In this document: positions 27,402 to 37,441 of the stretch, piece after piece | How positions within the stretch are numbered: the first letter of the stretch is position 1 | How the letters are laid out: every line of letters starts with the position of its first letter | Origin: an uncultured Muribaculaceae bacterium | GTDB taxonomy: Bacteria > Cyanobacteriota > Vampirovibrionia > Gastranaerophilales > Gastranaerophilaceae | Assembly (NCBI GenBank): GCA_964473445.1 | Contig: CAYYPD010000001.1 | Location: 1,891 to 65,890, forward strand | Direction: 5' to 3' | Length of the DNA: 64,000 nucleotides | The notes under the pieces: model-generated | Told to the model about the DNA's origin: nothing | Database searches by the model: none | Seen by the model: only the letters and a program-made list of their open reading frames with translations | Made by a program: the position numbers and the translations under genes

Positions 27402-28403
27402 TTAAGATTCTATCAGGTCAAAAAATAATGGGGAGAAAAATCTCTTATATTGTTTCACCTTTGGATGTTGTAATACTTTTACAAGATCAGTATATAGCGG
27501 ATGTTTTTTCTGATAGATGAATAGGTGTTCTTTATTCTCATAAGCACAATTTTCTCTTCTATATTCCCAAAAAGTCGGCAATACATTTAATTGTTCTGCT
27601 AATCTGATGAAAGAAGGAATCTCTTTATAATTATCAGGTAAAATAACAAATTGAATAAATATAGGAAATTCATACTTACTTTTCAATGTAGATAGATATT
27701 TCAAGTTACTAATAATTTTAGGAAAATAAAATTCCCCGTTAGTAACTATTTTACCGTATGTTTGAGGAGTTGCAGCATGTATTGATATTCTTATTATGCT
27801 TATTCTGTCTGGTGTAACATTTAATTTCTTTAAATTTTCTTCATTACAAAGAATTCCATTTGTATGAATGTCGAATTTTAAATCCGGATATGTTTGTGCA
27901 GCTTGTTTTATTAATAAACGGCTATGCCTTGAACCGAATGGATCTCCTGCTGCATTTATAATTAATATCTTTGCAGATCTAAGTATAGGGAGAAAGAATG
28001 TGTCAATTTTCGAATTTAATACTTCAAGCTCATTCTCTGTTAGTCGAGTAATCTTATCTCTACATATTTTACAGTCAATATTACATTCTTTATCATAAAC
28101 AAACTTTACAGTTTTAGGATACTCATTCATTACTGCTTTGTAATTTGTTTCATACGCAGTTTTAAAGTCGTTCTGTTTCAAGTATAAACATCTGTTTATA
28201 TCACAAATTGAATAGTCATTATTCAATATTCTTTTTCTAACATCTATTGCGTTTTTAGAATTCCAAATATTTTCTAAAGTATCTTTATGTATATTTCCTA
28301 TGGAATAAAAATTATTCCAATTTGGACAACAAGTGTACACTTCTCCGGTAATGCTTATTTCAATTTCTTCAAACGGTCTGGGACAGAAAGATACATTTTT
28401 CAT
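27402..28403 (-). CDS. Radical SAM protein with an N-terminal SPASM/twitch-like Cys module
   Basis: Residues 7-25 read C-x12-G-x4-C, followed by GNI...LENIWNS and C67-x4-C72 (SPASM/twitch signature). The radical SAM CX3CX2C (CNIDCKIC) appears only at residues 107-114. Confidence 0.75.
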   Translation of the reverse strand: MKNVSFCPRPFEEIEISITGEVYTCCPNWNNFYSIGNIHKDTLENIWNSKNAIDVRKRILNNDYSICDINRCLYLKQNDFKTAYETNYKAVMNEYPKTVKFVYDKECNIDCKICRDKITRLTENELEVLNSKIDTFFLPILRSAKILIINAAGDPFGSRHSRLLIKQAAQTYPDLKFDIHTNGILCNEENLKKLNVTPDRISIIRISIHAATPQTYGKIVTNGEFYFPKIISNLKYLSTLKSKYEFPIFIQFVILPDNYKEIPSFIRLAEQLNVLPTFWEYRRENCAYENKEHLFIYQKKHPLYTDLVKVLQHPKVKQYKRFFSPLFFDLIES

Positions 28404-28465
28404 TTAAAACCACCTTTAGGGAAATTATAACACATAATAATTATTTGTGATACGCTTTTTACATA

Positions 28466-28858
28466 ATGGTTAAAGAATTTTTCAGTTATATATCAGGTTT
28501 TTTAATTTTAGTTTTTATATTATTTGTATGTAATATGATTTCTAAAAGTGTTGCGTTTGTTATCCCTACGCCTATTATTGGGATAATTGTTTTATTTTTA
28601 CTTTTGCAGTTTAAAATAATAAAAGAAGAGTGGATAAAAAATATTTGTGAATTTTTGCTTAAATATATGCCGTTGCTTTTTATTCCGTTTTTAGTCGGAA
28701 TTGTTTCATACTATGGTTTAATAGAAAAGCAACTTGTTCCTATTGTTTTAAATATTGCAATTTCAGCTGTACTTACAATGGTTATAACCGCTTTTGTTGT
28801 TGAAAGTATTATTAAATATACAAGGCTAAAGAAAATGAGGAATTCCAAAAATGATTAA
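28466..28858 (+). CDS. lrgA: CidA/LrgA family holin-like protein
   Basis: 130 aa with 4 TM helices. It overlaps the LrgB-like gene. Confidence 0.8.
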   Translation: MVKEFFSYISGFLILVFILFVCNMISKSVAFVIPTPIIGIIVLFLLLQFKIIKEEWIKNICEFLLKYMPLLFIPFLVGIVSYYGLIEKQLVPIVLNIAISAVLTMVITAFVVESIIKYTRLKKMRNSKND

Positions 28859-29528
28859 TATTCTTTGGCTTGCTTTAACGTTTTTTTTATTTCTTGTTGC
28901 AAGGAAAGTTCAAAAATATAAAATTTTTAAATTTTTACCACCGATGTTTTTGACGAGTATTATTTTGATAATTATACTTGAAAGCTTTCATGTCAGCTTT
29001 GAGGACTACAATGAGTATTGTTCGTTGCTTACTTTGTTGTTGGGACCTGCTACAATTTCTCTTGCATATCCGTTATATAAAAATTTCTATTTACTTTCAA
29101 AGAATAAAAGAGCGGTATTTATAGGATTTTTTACGGCTTCAATTATTGCAATTACATCAGCAGTAACAATAGGTAAATTATTTCATTCTGATTTAAGTAT
29201 TGTATCTTCGTTAATTCCTAAATCCGTAACGGCACCTATTGCAATTGAAATATCAAAAATTATCGGCGGTATTCCTGAACTTACTGCGTGCATAGTTGCC
29301 ATTACGGGACTTTTTGGTGCAGTGTTCGGACACAGATTATTAAAATTTTTCCATATTAAAAGTGATATTTCAAAAGGAATCGCAATCGGAGCTACAAGCC
29401 ATGTTTTAGGTACTGCCTCTTGCCTTGAAAAACATAAAGAGAAACAAGTTGTAATGGCTACAATATCTCTGATTGTTGTCGGTATTATAACAACCTTAAT
29501 TTGTGTATTTTTTGTACATGTCAGCTAA
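28851..29528 (+). CDS. lrgB: LrgB family protein
   Basis: 225-aa polytopic protein with ..SVTAPIAIEIS...GG and ..GIAIGATSHVLGTA. Confidence 0.8.
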   Translation: MINILWLALTFFLFLVARKVQKYKIFKFLPPMFLTSIILIIILESFHVSFEDYNEYCSLLTLLLGPATISLAYPLYKNFYLLSKNKRAVFIGFFTASIIAITSAVTIGKLFHSDLSIVSSLIPKSVTAPIAIEISKIIGGIPELTACIVAITGLFGAVFGHRLLKFFHIKSDISKGIAIGATSHVLGTASCLEKHKEKQVVMATISLIVVGIITTLICVFFVHVS

Positions 29529-29545
29529 TTAGCAGAAAAACTGAT

Positions 29546-30088
29546 TTATAGATTAACTTTAACACGATTTATTAAGTCAGACATTGTTCTTTCCTGCTGT
29601 CTTGTCGGTTCTGCATTTAATTCGGTAATATCATCATTTGTTCTAAATCCGCACCTGTAATAGAATGCCCATGCGCCATCAGGATTATTTACAATTATGG
29701 AATCTATTTTATGGTTAATGGCACTTTGTGCTATCCCTGCCATTAACGCAGTACCTGCTCCTTGATTTTTTATGTCCACTCTTGATGAGAAAAAATCAAC
29801 CTGCATAGCTCCACCCTGTTTCCGGCATTTTGCATAAGCAATTGGAGATTCATTTTTGTCTTTTAAAATAAAAATTTTATCTCTCGTTAAATCGAATTTT
29901 CTATCTTTCTTTAAAAAGAAAAATTTATCGTGATATTTATCACATAACTCTTGTAAAAATTTTGCATCTTCTTTTGTATCTTCCGTTTCATAAGCAACTG
30001 CCTGTTCATTATTTTTTAATGAACAGTTTAATACAGGTTTTAACCCGAAAGACCGATTAGACGCATTATTATAGAAAGATATCTTCAT
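29546..30088 (-). CDS. GNAT family N-acetyltransferase
   Basis: Motif A region KNQGAGTALMAGI, and a C-terminal AFYYRCGF. Confidence 0.7.
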   Translation of the reverse strand: MKISFYNNASNRSFGLKPVLNCSLKNNEQAVAYETEDTKEDAKFLQELCDKYHDKFFFLKKDRKFDLTRDKIFILKDKNESPIAYAKCRKQGGAMQVDFFSSRVDIKNQGAGTALMAGIAQSAINHKIDSIIVNNPDGAWAFYYRCGFRTNDDITELNAEPTRQQERTMSDLINRVKVNL

Positions 30089-30159
30089 ATTAATATAAAC
30101 CCTCGAAATAAAAATTTTGCCGGACCATTATAAATGCTTATTTTACTGATTTTCCATAA

Positions 30160-30825
30160 TTAATTCCAAATATCGGGTGTTGCAAGGGCTAATGCCGTAA
30201 CATTTTTATACCCGTTCTTTTTCAATAATCTTATTATCTCATTAAAGGTTATACCGGTTGAAGTTATATCGTCGATTATTAATAAATTTGCGGTTTTATC
30301 AATATTTTCATTAAGGTTCAAATCAAATGCATTTTTTATATTTTTAATTCTCTCCTGTTTATGCAGGTTATATTGTTTTAATGTGTCTTTAGTTCTTACT
30401 ATGAAATTTTTATTGACTTTATAGCCGGCTAATTTTGCGAATTCATCGGCAACTATATCCATGTGGTTATATTTACGCTCTTTACGTCTTAATTTGTGAA
30501 TTGGTACAGGCAAAACAATAAATTCATTTTCTGTTTTTAGTTTCTGCCAATATTCAAACATTAATTCTGATTGAATTTTAGCCATTTTTTTTTGATTGTT
30601 ATATTTTAAATCTCGAATTAACTTCTTTATAATATCGTCGTATGTTGTGCATGCATAAATATCACAGTTTTGAAATTCCCTATAAACTCCTTTGGGCATA
30701 AAGTGAATTTTAGAACGACATTTGCTGCACAACAAAGAATCTTCCCTTGTTGAATGACAAAAATAACAAGGTTGTATATATATTAAGTTCAGTAGTTTTT
30801 CGATTAACTTTATCATATAATACAA
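30160..30825 (-). CDS. comFC: ComF family protein (ComFC, phosphoribosyltransferase-like)
   Basis: N-terminal Cys pairs (C..C...C..C) and a PRTase loop LLIIDDITSTGIT. Confidence 0.8.
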   Translation of the reverse strand: MYYMIKLIEKLLNLIYIQPCYFCHSTREDSLLCSKCRSKIHFMPKGVYREFQNCDIYACTTYDDIIKKLIRDLKYNNQKKMAKIQSELMFEYWQKLKTENEFIVLPVPIHKLRRKERKYNHMDIVADEFAKLAGYKVNKNFIVRTKDTLKQYNLHKQERIKNIKNAFDLNLNENIDKTANLLIIDDITSTGITFNEIIRLLKKNGYKNVTALALATPDIWN

Positions 30826-30839
30826 ATTATAGCAGATAG

Positions 30840-32243
30840 ATGAGAATTAAAAAAATGACTTTTTTACACATGTTTTCAAGCTTTATAATAATGATTTTAC
30901 TTTTGAGCTTACTGATTTTAATTCATGAAGCGGGACATTTTTTTGCTGCAAAATTGGTAGGGATGAAAGTTGATAAATTCGGATTCGGGTTACCGTTTGG
31001 ACCTACTTTATATAAAAAACAAGTAGGTGATATGGAAATTTTAGTGCATGCCTGCTTACTTGGCGGTTATGTTTCGTTTCCCGATGATGATGAAAACTCT
31101 GATTTACCGAAAGATTCACCCTTAAGATTTTCAAATAAGTCAGTAGGGGCAAGAGCATTTGTTATATCGGCAGGGGTTTTGTGTAACTTTATTTTAGCTT
31201 ATGTAATCATATTTTTAACAGGTATGATATGGCAACACCTTCCTGAAAACAGTATGACTGTCAGATTTGCAAAATTTGCACCATCTGCAGTGGAATCAGT
31301 ATTAGATGCAGGTTTAAAAGAAAATGATATTTTGTACTCCGTAAACGGAACAAAAGTAGTTTATCCTATAACAATTAATAAATACTTTAATTTATCAAAA
31401 GAGTTTGACGGAATGGTTGATGAAGCAATCGTTAATAAAAAACTTGAAGAATTAAAAGCATTAAACCCTGAATTTGCTGAGAAAGAAGTAATTCCTACGG
31501 GGACAAAAGTTAAACTTCCTAAGTTTACTGATGAAAATCCTGTAGAATTAAGTTTTGATAATATAATCGGGATAGCAAAATATGAAAACGGCGAAATTAC
31601 ATTAACTGATACACAAAAAGATTTAAGAGATAAAATTAATTACAACGAAGAATATACTCTTGACACTGATTCAACTTTAAATGATATTGCTTTTGCAGTT
31701 TCCGATACCAAAAAGCCTATTAGTGTGATTGTAAAAAGAGATGGAGAAGAAATTCAGTTAAAGACATTCTACTCAAATAAAGAGGGGATTGTCGGCATAA
31801 TGCAAACTTATGAAGAAAATTATGCTGAAACAAAAAATATAATTGATTTAACAAAAGCGACCATAAACTATGCAAATTATAATTTGGATTTAATGGTTTA
31901 TACATTGGGCAAATTATTTACCGGTAAAGTTCCGATGAGCGAGATGAACGGTATTATTGCAATTGCAAAAATCGGAACTGAAATGATTGCGTATAAAGGC
32001 TTATTCAACGGACTTTTATTAACTGCAATGATTTCTTTAAACCTTGCATTAATAAACTTACTGCCAATTCCGGCTTTAGACGGCGGACATTTAATGTTTT
32101 TAATTATAGAAAAAATTACAGGGAAACCTGTTAATAAGGTATTTGTTGAAAAAGTCAGCAACTTTTTCTTCTATTTACTGATTTTCCTTATGTTATTTAT
32201 TATTTACAACGATATTCACGCTTGGATAATCGGGAAAATCTAA
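30840..32243 (+). CDS. rseP: RIP metalloprotease RseP (site-2 protease, M50) with PDZ
   Basis: HEAGHFFAAK and NLLPIPALDGGH. 467 aa. Confidence 0.88.
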   Translation: MRIKKMTFLHMFSSFIIMILLLSLLILIHEAGHFFAAKLVGMKVDKFGFGLPFGPTLYKKQVGDMEILVHACLLGGYVSFPDDDENSDLPKDSPLRFSNKSVGARAFVISAGVLCNFILAYVIIFLTGMIWQHLPENSMTVRFAKFAPSAVESVLDAGLKENDILYSVNGTKVVYPITINKYFNLSKEFDGMVDEAIVNKKLEELKALNPEFAEKEVIPTGTKVKLPKFTDENPVELSFDNIIGIAKYENGEITLTDTQKDLRDKINYNEEYTLDTDSTLNDIAFAVSDTKKPISVIVKRDGEEIQLKTFYSNKEGIVGIMQTYEENYAETKNIIDLTKATINYANYNLDLMVYTLGKLFTGKVPMSEMNGIIAIAKIGTEMIAYKGLFNGLLLTAMISLNLALINLLPIPALDGGHLMFLIIEKITGKPVNKVFVEKVSNFFFYLLIFLMLFIIYNDIHAWIIGKI

Positions 32244-32327
32244 AAATAAAATATCTGCCTTTAAAAAATAGTGGAATATTCTTATAAAGAATAGTATAAT
32301 CAATAAAAATATTTAATAAGGATAACT

Positions 32328-32885
32328 ATGGAAGGCAGACTTTTTATAATTGCAGGATGTTCCGGTGTCGGAAAAGGTACTATATTAAAGAAATTTTTGA
32401 AAAAAAATCCTGAAATAAAATTATCCGTATCGGCAACAACAAGAAAACCGAGGACGGGTGAACAAAACGGGGTTAATTATTTCTTCATAACAAAAGAGGA
32501 ATTTAAACAAGAAATTGAAAATAATGATTTTCTTGAATGGGCTGAATTTAGCGGTAATTTTTACGGAACAAAGAAAAGTTTTGTTGAAAATACTTTAAAA
32601 ACAGGTACTGATGTCATTCTGGAAATTGAAGTTCAGGGTGCAAAGCAGGTTAAAGAAAAAATGCCAAATGCAATAAGTGTTTTTATAATGCCTCCGTCTT
32701 TTGAAGAACTTGAAGCAAGGCTTCGTGGCAGACATACGGAAGATGAAGAAACTATACAAAGAAGATTACATGAAGCATATCGTGAAATTGAAGAGGGAAA
32801 GCTCTTTGATTACAGGGTTGTTAACGATAATTTAGAGGATGCTTTAAATCGGCTTGATGAAATTTACAAATCAGCAGGAAAGTAA
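32328..32885 (+). CDS. gmk: Guanylate kinase
   Basis: GCSGVGKGT, SATTR.PR.GE..G..Y.F and EIEVQG. Confidence 0.92.
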   Translation: MEGRLFIIAGCSGVGKGTILKKFLKKNPEIKLSVSATTRKPRTGEQNGVNYFFITKEEFKQEIENNDFLEWAEFSGNFYGTKKSFVENTLKTGTDVILEIEVQGAKQVKEKMPNAISVFIMPPSFEELEARLRGRHTEDEETIQRRLHEAYREIEEGKLFDYRVVNDNLEDALNRLDEIYKSAGK

Positions 32886-32888
32886 CAA

Positions 32889-34073
32889 ATGCTAAAAGGG
32901 AAAACAGTTTTAATCGGAATAACGGGGGCAATTGCAGCATATAAAATATGCGAGCTAATCAGGTTATTCAAAAAGAACAATGCAAATGTAAAGGTTGTTG
33001 TTACTCCGAATGCCTTAAACTTTATTACCAAAACAACTTTGGAGTCGTTAAGCCAAAATTCTGTTGATATAGAACAATTTGAAATAAAAGAATATAAGCC
33101 TGAGCATATTTCGCTTGTTGATGAATCGGATATATTTTTAATTGCTCCGATAAGTGCAAATACAATTTCAAAAATTACGCACGGGATTTGTGATAACCTT
33201 TTAACTTCAACATTTTGTGCTTATAAAAAACAGGTTGTCATTGCTCCTTGTATGAATACAAATATGTGGGAGAATATTTCCATACAAACAAACTTAAAAC
33301 TATTACAAGAGCGAGGAGTTAAAATTGTTGAGCCTGAAAGCGGTTTCCTTGCTTGCGGAACAAACGGAAAAGGCAGACTTGCCGATATAAACGTAATATT
33401 TGAAACAGTTAAAAATTGTCTTTTGCCAAAGCAAATATTAAAAGGGAAAAAAGTTGTAATTACCGCAGGCGGAACAAAAGAGAATATTGATGCCGTAAGA
33501 TACATCGGCAATTACAGTTCCGGGAAAATGGGAATTGCCATTGCAGACAACTCTTATAAGTTAGGAGCGGAAGTTGTTCTTATATCAACCGTTACGGCTG
33601 ATAAAAATTATAAAGTAATCAATGTTCAGACCGCAGAAGAAATGTATAACGAAGTTAAGACAGAATTTAAAACAGCCGATTTACTTATTATGGCTGCTGC
33701 AGTTAGTGATTACAGAGTTAAAAATAAATCCGAACACAAAATTAAAAAAGACGGTAATTCCCTAACAATTGAACTTGTTGAAAATCCTGATATTTTGCAA
33801 GAAATGTGTAAAATAAAGAATAAAAATCAAACAGTAGTCGGCTTTTGTGCCGAAAGTCAAAATTTAATAGAAAATGCAAAAGTAAAAATCAAAAAGAAAA
33901 ATTGCGATTTTATTTGTGCAAATGATATTTCAAGAAAAGATACAGGTTTTTCATCAGATTATAACGAGCTATATGTAATTGACAAAAAACTTGAAATCTA
34001 TCATATTGAAAGAACTGATAAAGAAACTGCTGCACGAAAGATATTAGAAAGAATTTATGGAACAGGTCAATAG
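32889..34073 (+). CDS. coaBC: Bifunctional phosphopantothenoylcysteine decarboxylase / phosphopantothenate-cysteine ligase
   Basis: GITGAIAAYK flavoprotein N-terminal domain, with ITAGGT.E.ID.VR.I.N.SSGKMG in the C-terminal ligase domain. Confidence 0.9.
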   Translation: MLKGKTVLIGITGAIAAYKICELIRLFKKNNANVKVVVTPNALNFITKTTLESLSQNSVDIEQFEIKEYKPEHISLVDESDIFLIAPISANTISKITHGICDNLLTSTFCAYKKQVVIAPCMNTNMWENISIQTNLKLLQERGVKIVEPESGFLACGTNGKGRLADINVIFETVKNCLLPKQILKGKKVVITAGGTKENIDAVRYIGNYSSGKMGIAIADNSYKLGAEVVLISTVTADKNYKVINVQTAEEMYNEVKTEFKTADLLIMAAAVSDYRVKNKSEHKIKKDGNSLTIELVENPDILQEMCKIKNKNQTVVGFCAESQNLIENAKVKIKKKNCDFICANDISRKDTGFSSDYNELYVIDKKLEIYHIERTDKETAARKILERIYGTGQ

Positions 34074-34791
34074 AATAATAAAGAAAATAGAGGATTTTGC
34101 CCCATTAAACACAATGCAAAAGTGGGATAACTCGGGTTGGCAAATAAACCTTGGCAACAAGCAAACTTCCGGGGTTTTATTAACGTTAGACGTTACACCT
34201 TATACTGTTGATGAAGCAATAAACAAAAAATGCGATTTGATAATATCTCATCACCCTGTATTTTTTAACAGTATTAAAGTTATAAATTCGCCGTTCATAA
34301 TTAAGGCAATTCAAAATAACATTCAAATTTATTCGGCTCATACAAATTTAGATATAGCACAAGGCGGAGTAAGTGAATATCTGGCTGAAAAATGCGGTTT
34401 TACCGATTTGGATACGGCATTTGAATTTATAAAATATAAAAAGTTTGATGAAGAACAAAATTTTTCAAAACTGATATCAAAACTTAAGACCGTTTTTTGT
34501 TTGCCGAGCATAAAAGTTGTTAACGGAAACAGAAAAACATACAGTTCAATAGCGTTTTGTTCGGGCAGCGGAGCGGAATTTATTTCAAATCTTGAAGAAA
34601 TCGGTATTGATGTATTTATAACAGGTGATTTAAAACATCATCAGGCACTTAGTGCTACAAATATGACTGTTATTGATTTGGGGCATTTCCATAGTGAAAG
34701 ATTTGTTGTTGAAATTTTCAACAATATTTTAAAAGACGAGGATGTAAGAATTTATTCGGCAACCGAAAAGCCTGCATGGGAGTTAATATAA
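34057..34791 (+). CDS. Nif3-like dinuclear metal center protein (YbgI/GTP cyclohydrolase 1 type 2 homologue)
   Basis: WDNSG.Q, LIISHHP.F, AHTNLD and G.GH..SE. Confidence 0.8.
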   Translation: MEQVNRIIKKIEDFAPLNTMQKWDNSGWQINLGNKQTSGVLLTLDVTPYTVDEAINKKCDLIISHHPVFFNSIKVINSPFIIKAIQNNIQIYSAHTNLDIAQGGVSEYLAEKCGFTDLDTAFEFIKYKKFDEEQNFSKLISKLKTVFCLPSIKVVNGNRKTYSSIAFCSGSGAEFISNLEEIGIDVFITGDLKHHQALSATNMTVIDLGHFHSERFVVEIFNNILKDEDVRIYSATEKPAWELI

Positions 34792-35303
34792 TGAAAAAGG
34801 TATTGGTTTTATTAAGTATTTTTTTAATTCAAAATGTTTGTTTTGCAAAAGATTCAATCAGTTTTACGTTTCCCGAAGGCGGCTGGCATAAGGTTGAAAG
34901 TCCTGATAACGTTGCATCTAAAAGGTGTTTTGTTCCAAATAATCAATCAAAAGAATCTTATACGGAAATGGTTGTGTTTGTTGAACGAGCAACAAATAAT
35001 ACCGGAATTTCTCCTATGACGATTTTGCATAAACAATTAGGCAAAGACAGACTTAATTATAGAGATATTGAACCGTATTATATAAAACAAGATTTTGATG
35101 ATGCGATGATAACATGGTGCAGTGAATCAAAAAACACTTGTGTAATAAGACGAGCTTTCCAAGGGAAAGAGGGTGTTGTATTAGCTTCTTACGAAAACAA
35201 AATGCCTCACTATTCTCAAAATTTGTTTGCAAAATGGTCTAATATATTAGGCAGTATAAAGGTTTATGACGAAAATTCTACAGGTGAAAAAATAGAACTT
35301 TAA
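34791..35303 (+). CDS. Hypothetical secreted protein
   Basis: Signal peptide MKKVLVLLSIFLIQNVCFA. The start overlaps the nif3 stop (TAATG). The track starts at 34776. Confidence 0.55.
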   Translation: MKKVLVLLSIFLIQNVCFAKDSISFTFPEGGWHKVESPDNVASKRCFVPNNQSKESYTEMVVFVERATNNTGISPMTILHKQLGKDRLNYRDIEPYYIKQDFDDAMITWCSESKNTCVIRRAFQGKEGVVLASYENKMPHYSQNLFAKWSNILGSIKVYDENSTGEKIEL

Positions 35304-35304
35304 T

Positions 35305-35844
35305 ATGCAAATTACAGGCGGAATATATAATTCAAGGAAGATAAAGACTCCTGATTTTGAAAATATAAAACCTACTCTATCAAAAACAAGGCAGGGTATT
35401 TTTAATGCTCTTTCATCCATGATTGATTTTGACGATAAAATATTTTTTGATTTATTTTCAGGTAGTGGAATTATGAGCCTTGAAGCTGTTTCAAGAGGTT
35501 TTAGAGTTCTTTCTTTTGAGAAAGATAAAAAAACTGCTTTAGCAATTCAGAATTCTTTTAAAAGTTTAAACTTAAAACCTGAATTGTATTTTGGGGATAC
35601 GTTAAAAAATCTCTTAAAGGTAAATATAAAAGCGGATGTTATTTTTATTGACCCCCCTTATGAGTCGGATTTATATGAAAAAACTTTAAAAATAATTAAA
35701 GAAAAAAATATCTTAAATGATGACGGCATTGTAATTTTAGAACATCCCATCGAAAAAGAAATATATAAAAAAGGCTTTGAATTAATCAAAGCCAAAATTT
35801 ATGGTAATAAGCAAATTACGTTTTTAACTAATCAAGCGGAATAA
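35305..35844 (+). CDS. rsmD: 16S rRNA (guanine966-N2)-methyltransferase RsmD
   Basis: RPT....R...FN, DLFSGSG and FIDPPY. Confidence 0.88.
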   Translation: MQITGGIYNSRKIKTPDFENIKPTLSKTRQGIFNALSSMIDFDDKIFFDLFSGSGIMSLEAVSRGFRVLSFEKDKKTALAIQNSFKSLNLKPELYFGDTLKNLLKVNIKADVIFIDPPYESDLYEKTLKIIKEKNILNDDGIVILEHPIEKEIYKKGFELIKAKIYGNKQITFLTNQAE

Positions 35845-36418
35845 TAAGTTCTTGTCCGATTGAAAGTTTGTGTTCACTTGATAAGTTATTAACTTGTTTG
35901 ATTTTTTCAACTTTACTTGGGTCATATTTCCCGTAGAAACGATAAACGATAGAACTCATAGAATCACCGCTTTTTACGGTATAATTTTCTGTTTTTGCAA
36001 CTGTTTCTTGAATTGCTCCTGCTTCAGACGGAACTACAGCAATTTGAGAGTTTATTTGAGGAAGTTTACTTTTTCTTGAAAATTTCTTTTCAAATTTTGG
36101 TTGACCTAATGTTGCTACATTCGGGTCATCAGTTGAAACTGTACCAATACTCAAAACTGCATTCATAATGAACATACATAAAGCACCTGCAATAAAACCG
36201 GTTAATAAATATATTCCGGGAGATTTTTCATCTTTAGTGCTTATTTTAAAATTTTGCCATAACATATCAAGTTCTTTTTGTCTGTTAGGACGTTTATATG
36301 CTTTCGGTTCATTGTTTTCGGCATTAAAAGAATTATGTTCGGCTTCATTTCTCATTTCTGAAAGAAATGCAACTTTTTCATTTGAAAGATTTGATCTGGA
36401 TAATGATGAACTTCTCAT
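35828..36418 (-). CDS. LysM domain membrane protein
   Basis: A central TM helix and a C-terminal LysM (YTVKSGDSMSSIVYRFYG......I...N.L....L.IGQELIIP). Confidence 0.75.
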   Translation of the reverse strand: MRSSSLSRSNLSNEKVAFLSEMRNEAEHNSFNAENNEPKAYKRPNRQKELDMLWQNFKISTKDEKSPGIYLLTGFIAGALCMFIMNAVLSIGTVSTDDPNVATLGQPKFEKKFSRKSKLPQINSQIAVVPSEAGAIQETVAKTENYTVKSGDSMSSIVYRFYGKYDPSKVEKIKQVNNLSSEHKLSIGQELIIPLD

Positions 36419-36541
36419 AAATAAAACCCCAATCCTTTCCCTTTTCTCTATAAAACATGATATTCTAAACTTTTTTACAAAGTCAAGCTAATCGGATGTT
36501 TTATTACAATAAGATACAAACGCATTAAAAGTACTTTGTCA

Positions 36542-36703
36542 TTAACATAGTATCGAAAAGACTTTATTTGTTGGGCAAGGACAACCGACATTCCCTGCAT
36601 TATAGCAAGGGTACATGCCTGAATTAGGGTCAGATCGGTATTCTTGTTGCAATTCAGGATATAATTTTTTATCAATAACGGTTAATTTTACTTTGTGTTT
36701 CAT
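36542..36703 (-). CDS. Small Cys-rich ORF (53 aa), possibly a truncated remnant
   Basis: AGGGGA RBS 9 nt upstream. The peptide is MKHKVKLTVIDKKLYPELQQEY...PCYNAGNVGCPCP...C. From memory, the N-terminus resembles TIGR04076-type small proteins, but the rest diverges. Confidence 0.3.
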   Translation of the reverse strand: MKHKVKLTVIDKKLYPELQQEYRSDPNSGMYPCYNAGNVGCPCPTNKVFSILC

Positions 36704-36836
36704 TAATATATTTCCCCTTTCTTTTTCTGAAAAGTTCTTTTCAAAATTTTTGTATCTGATTATAATCAATATATGAGAAATCTACTATATTTAATGTAAA
36801 AAATCAATGATAAGTAAATATTTAAGGGAGTTAAAA

Positions 36837-37376
36837 ATGAAAAAAGTCTTAATCATCTCAACAAGTTTAAGAAATAACGCTAACTCTGAAATATTAGCGA
36901 AAGAAGTTAAAAAAGGTGCGATAGAAGTCGGGCATAATGTTGAATTTGTATCATTAAAAGATAAAGAAATAAAATTTTGCAAAGGTTGTTTAGCTTGTCA
37001 AAAACTCGGTAAATGCGTAATTAACGATGATGCCAATGAAATAACAACAAAAATGAAGGAAGCTGATGTTATAGTTTGGGCGACACCTATTTATTACTAT
37101 GAAATGTCAGGACAAATGAAAACACTTATAGATAGAGCAAACTCACTATTTGTTACGGGTAAAAATTTTAGTGAAATTTATGTTATAACCACTTCTGCCG
37201 ATGCAGAAAAAGGGGTTGCAAATACTGTGCTAAACGGCGTTAAAGGATGGATTGATTGTTTTGACGGAGTTAACTTAAAGGGATTTATGGAAGCAGGAGG
37301 ACTTGAAAGTTCAAATGAGGTTCAAAACAGAAAAGATTTATTAGAACAAGCATACAATATGGGGAAAAATATCTAA
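36837..37376 (+). CDS. NAD(P)H-dependent FMN reductase / iron-sulfur flavoprotein-like
   Basis: MKKVLIISTSLR.N.NS, CKGCLACQKLGKC and ATPIYYYEMSGQMK. RBS AAGGGAG. The track starts at 36807. Confidence 0.8.
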   Translation: MKKVLIISTSLRNNANSEILAKEVKKGAIEVGHNVEFVSLKDKEIKFCKGCLACQKLGKCVINDDANEITTKMKEADVIVWATPIYYYEMSGQMKTLIDRANSLFVTGKNFSEIYVITTSADAEKGVANTVLNGVKGWIDCFDGVNLKGFMEAGGLESSNEVQNRKDLLEQAYNMGKNI

Positions 37377-37386
37377 TAAAAAATAT

Positions 37387-37427
37387 AAAATACCCTAAAA
37401 TCCAATAAAGATTCTAGGGTATTTTTT
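37387..37427. terminator. Bidirectional terminator
   Basis: TACCCTA-N17-TAGGGTA, flanked by an A-run and a T-run, between convergent genes. Confidence 0.6.
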
Positions 37428-37441
37428 GTTAATTAAAATTT

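Noticed and set aside
36475-36675. A 66-aa ORF overlapping the small Cys-rich ORF in another frame, considered as the continuation of a frameshifted gene.
   Set aside because: Its translation shows no resemblance to the expected continuation of the family suggested by the N-terminus, so I could not reconstruct a coherent frameshifted protein.
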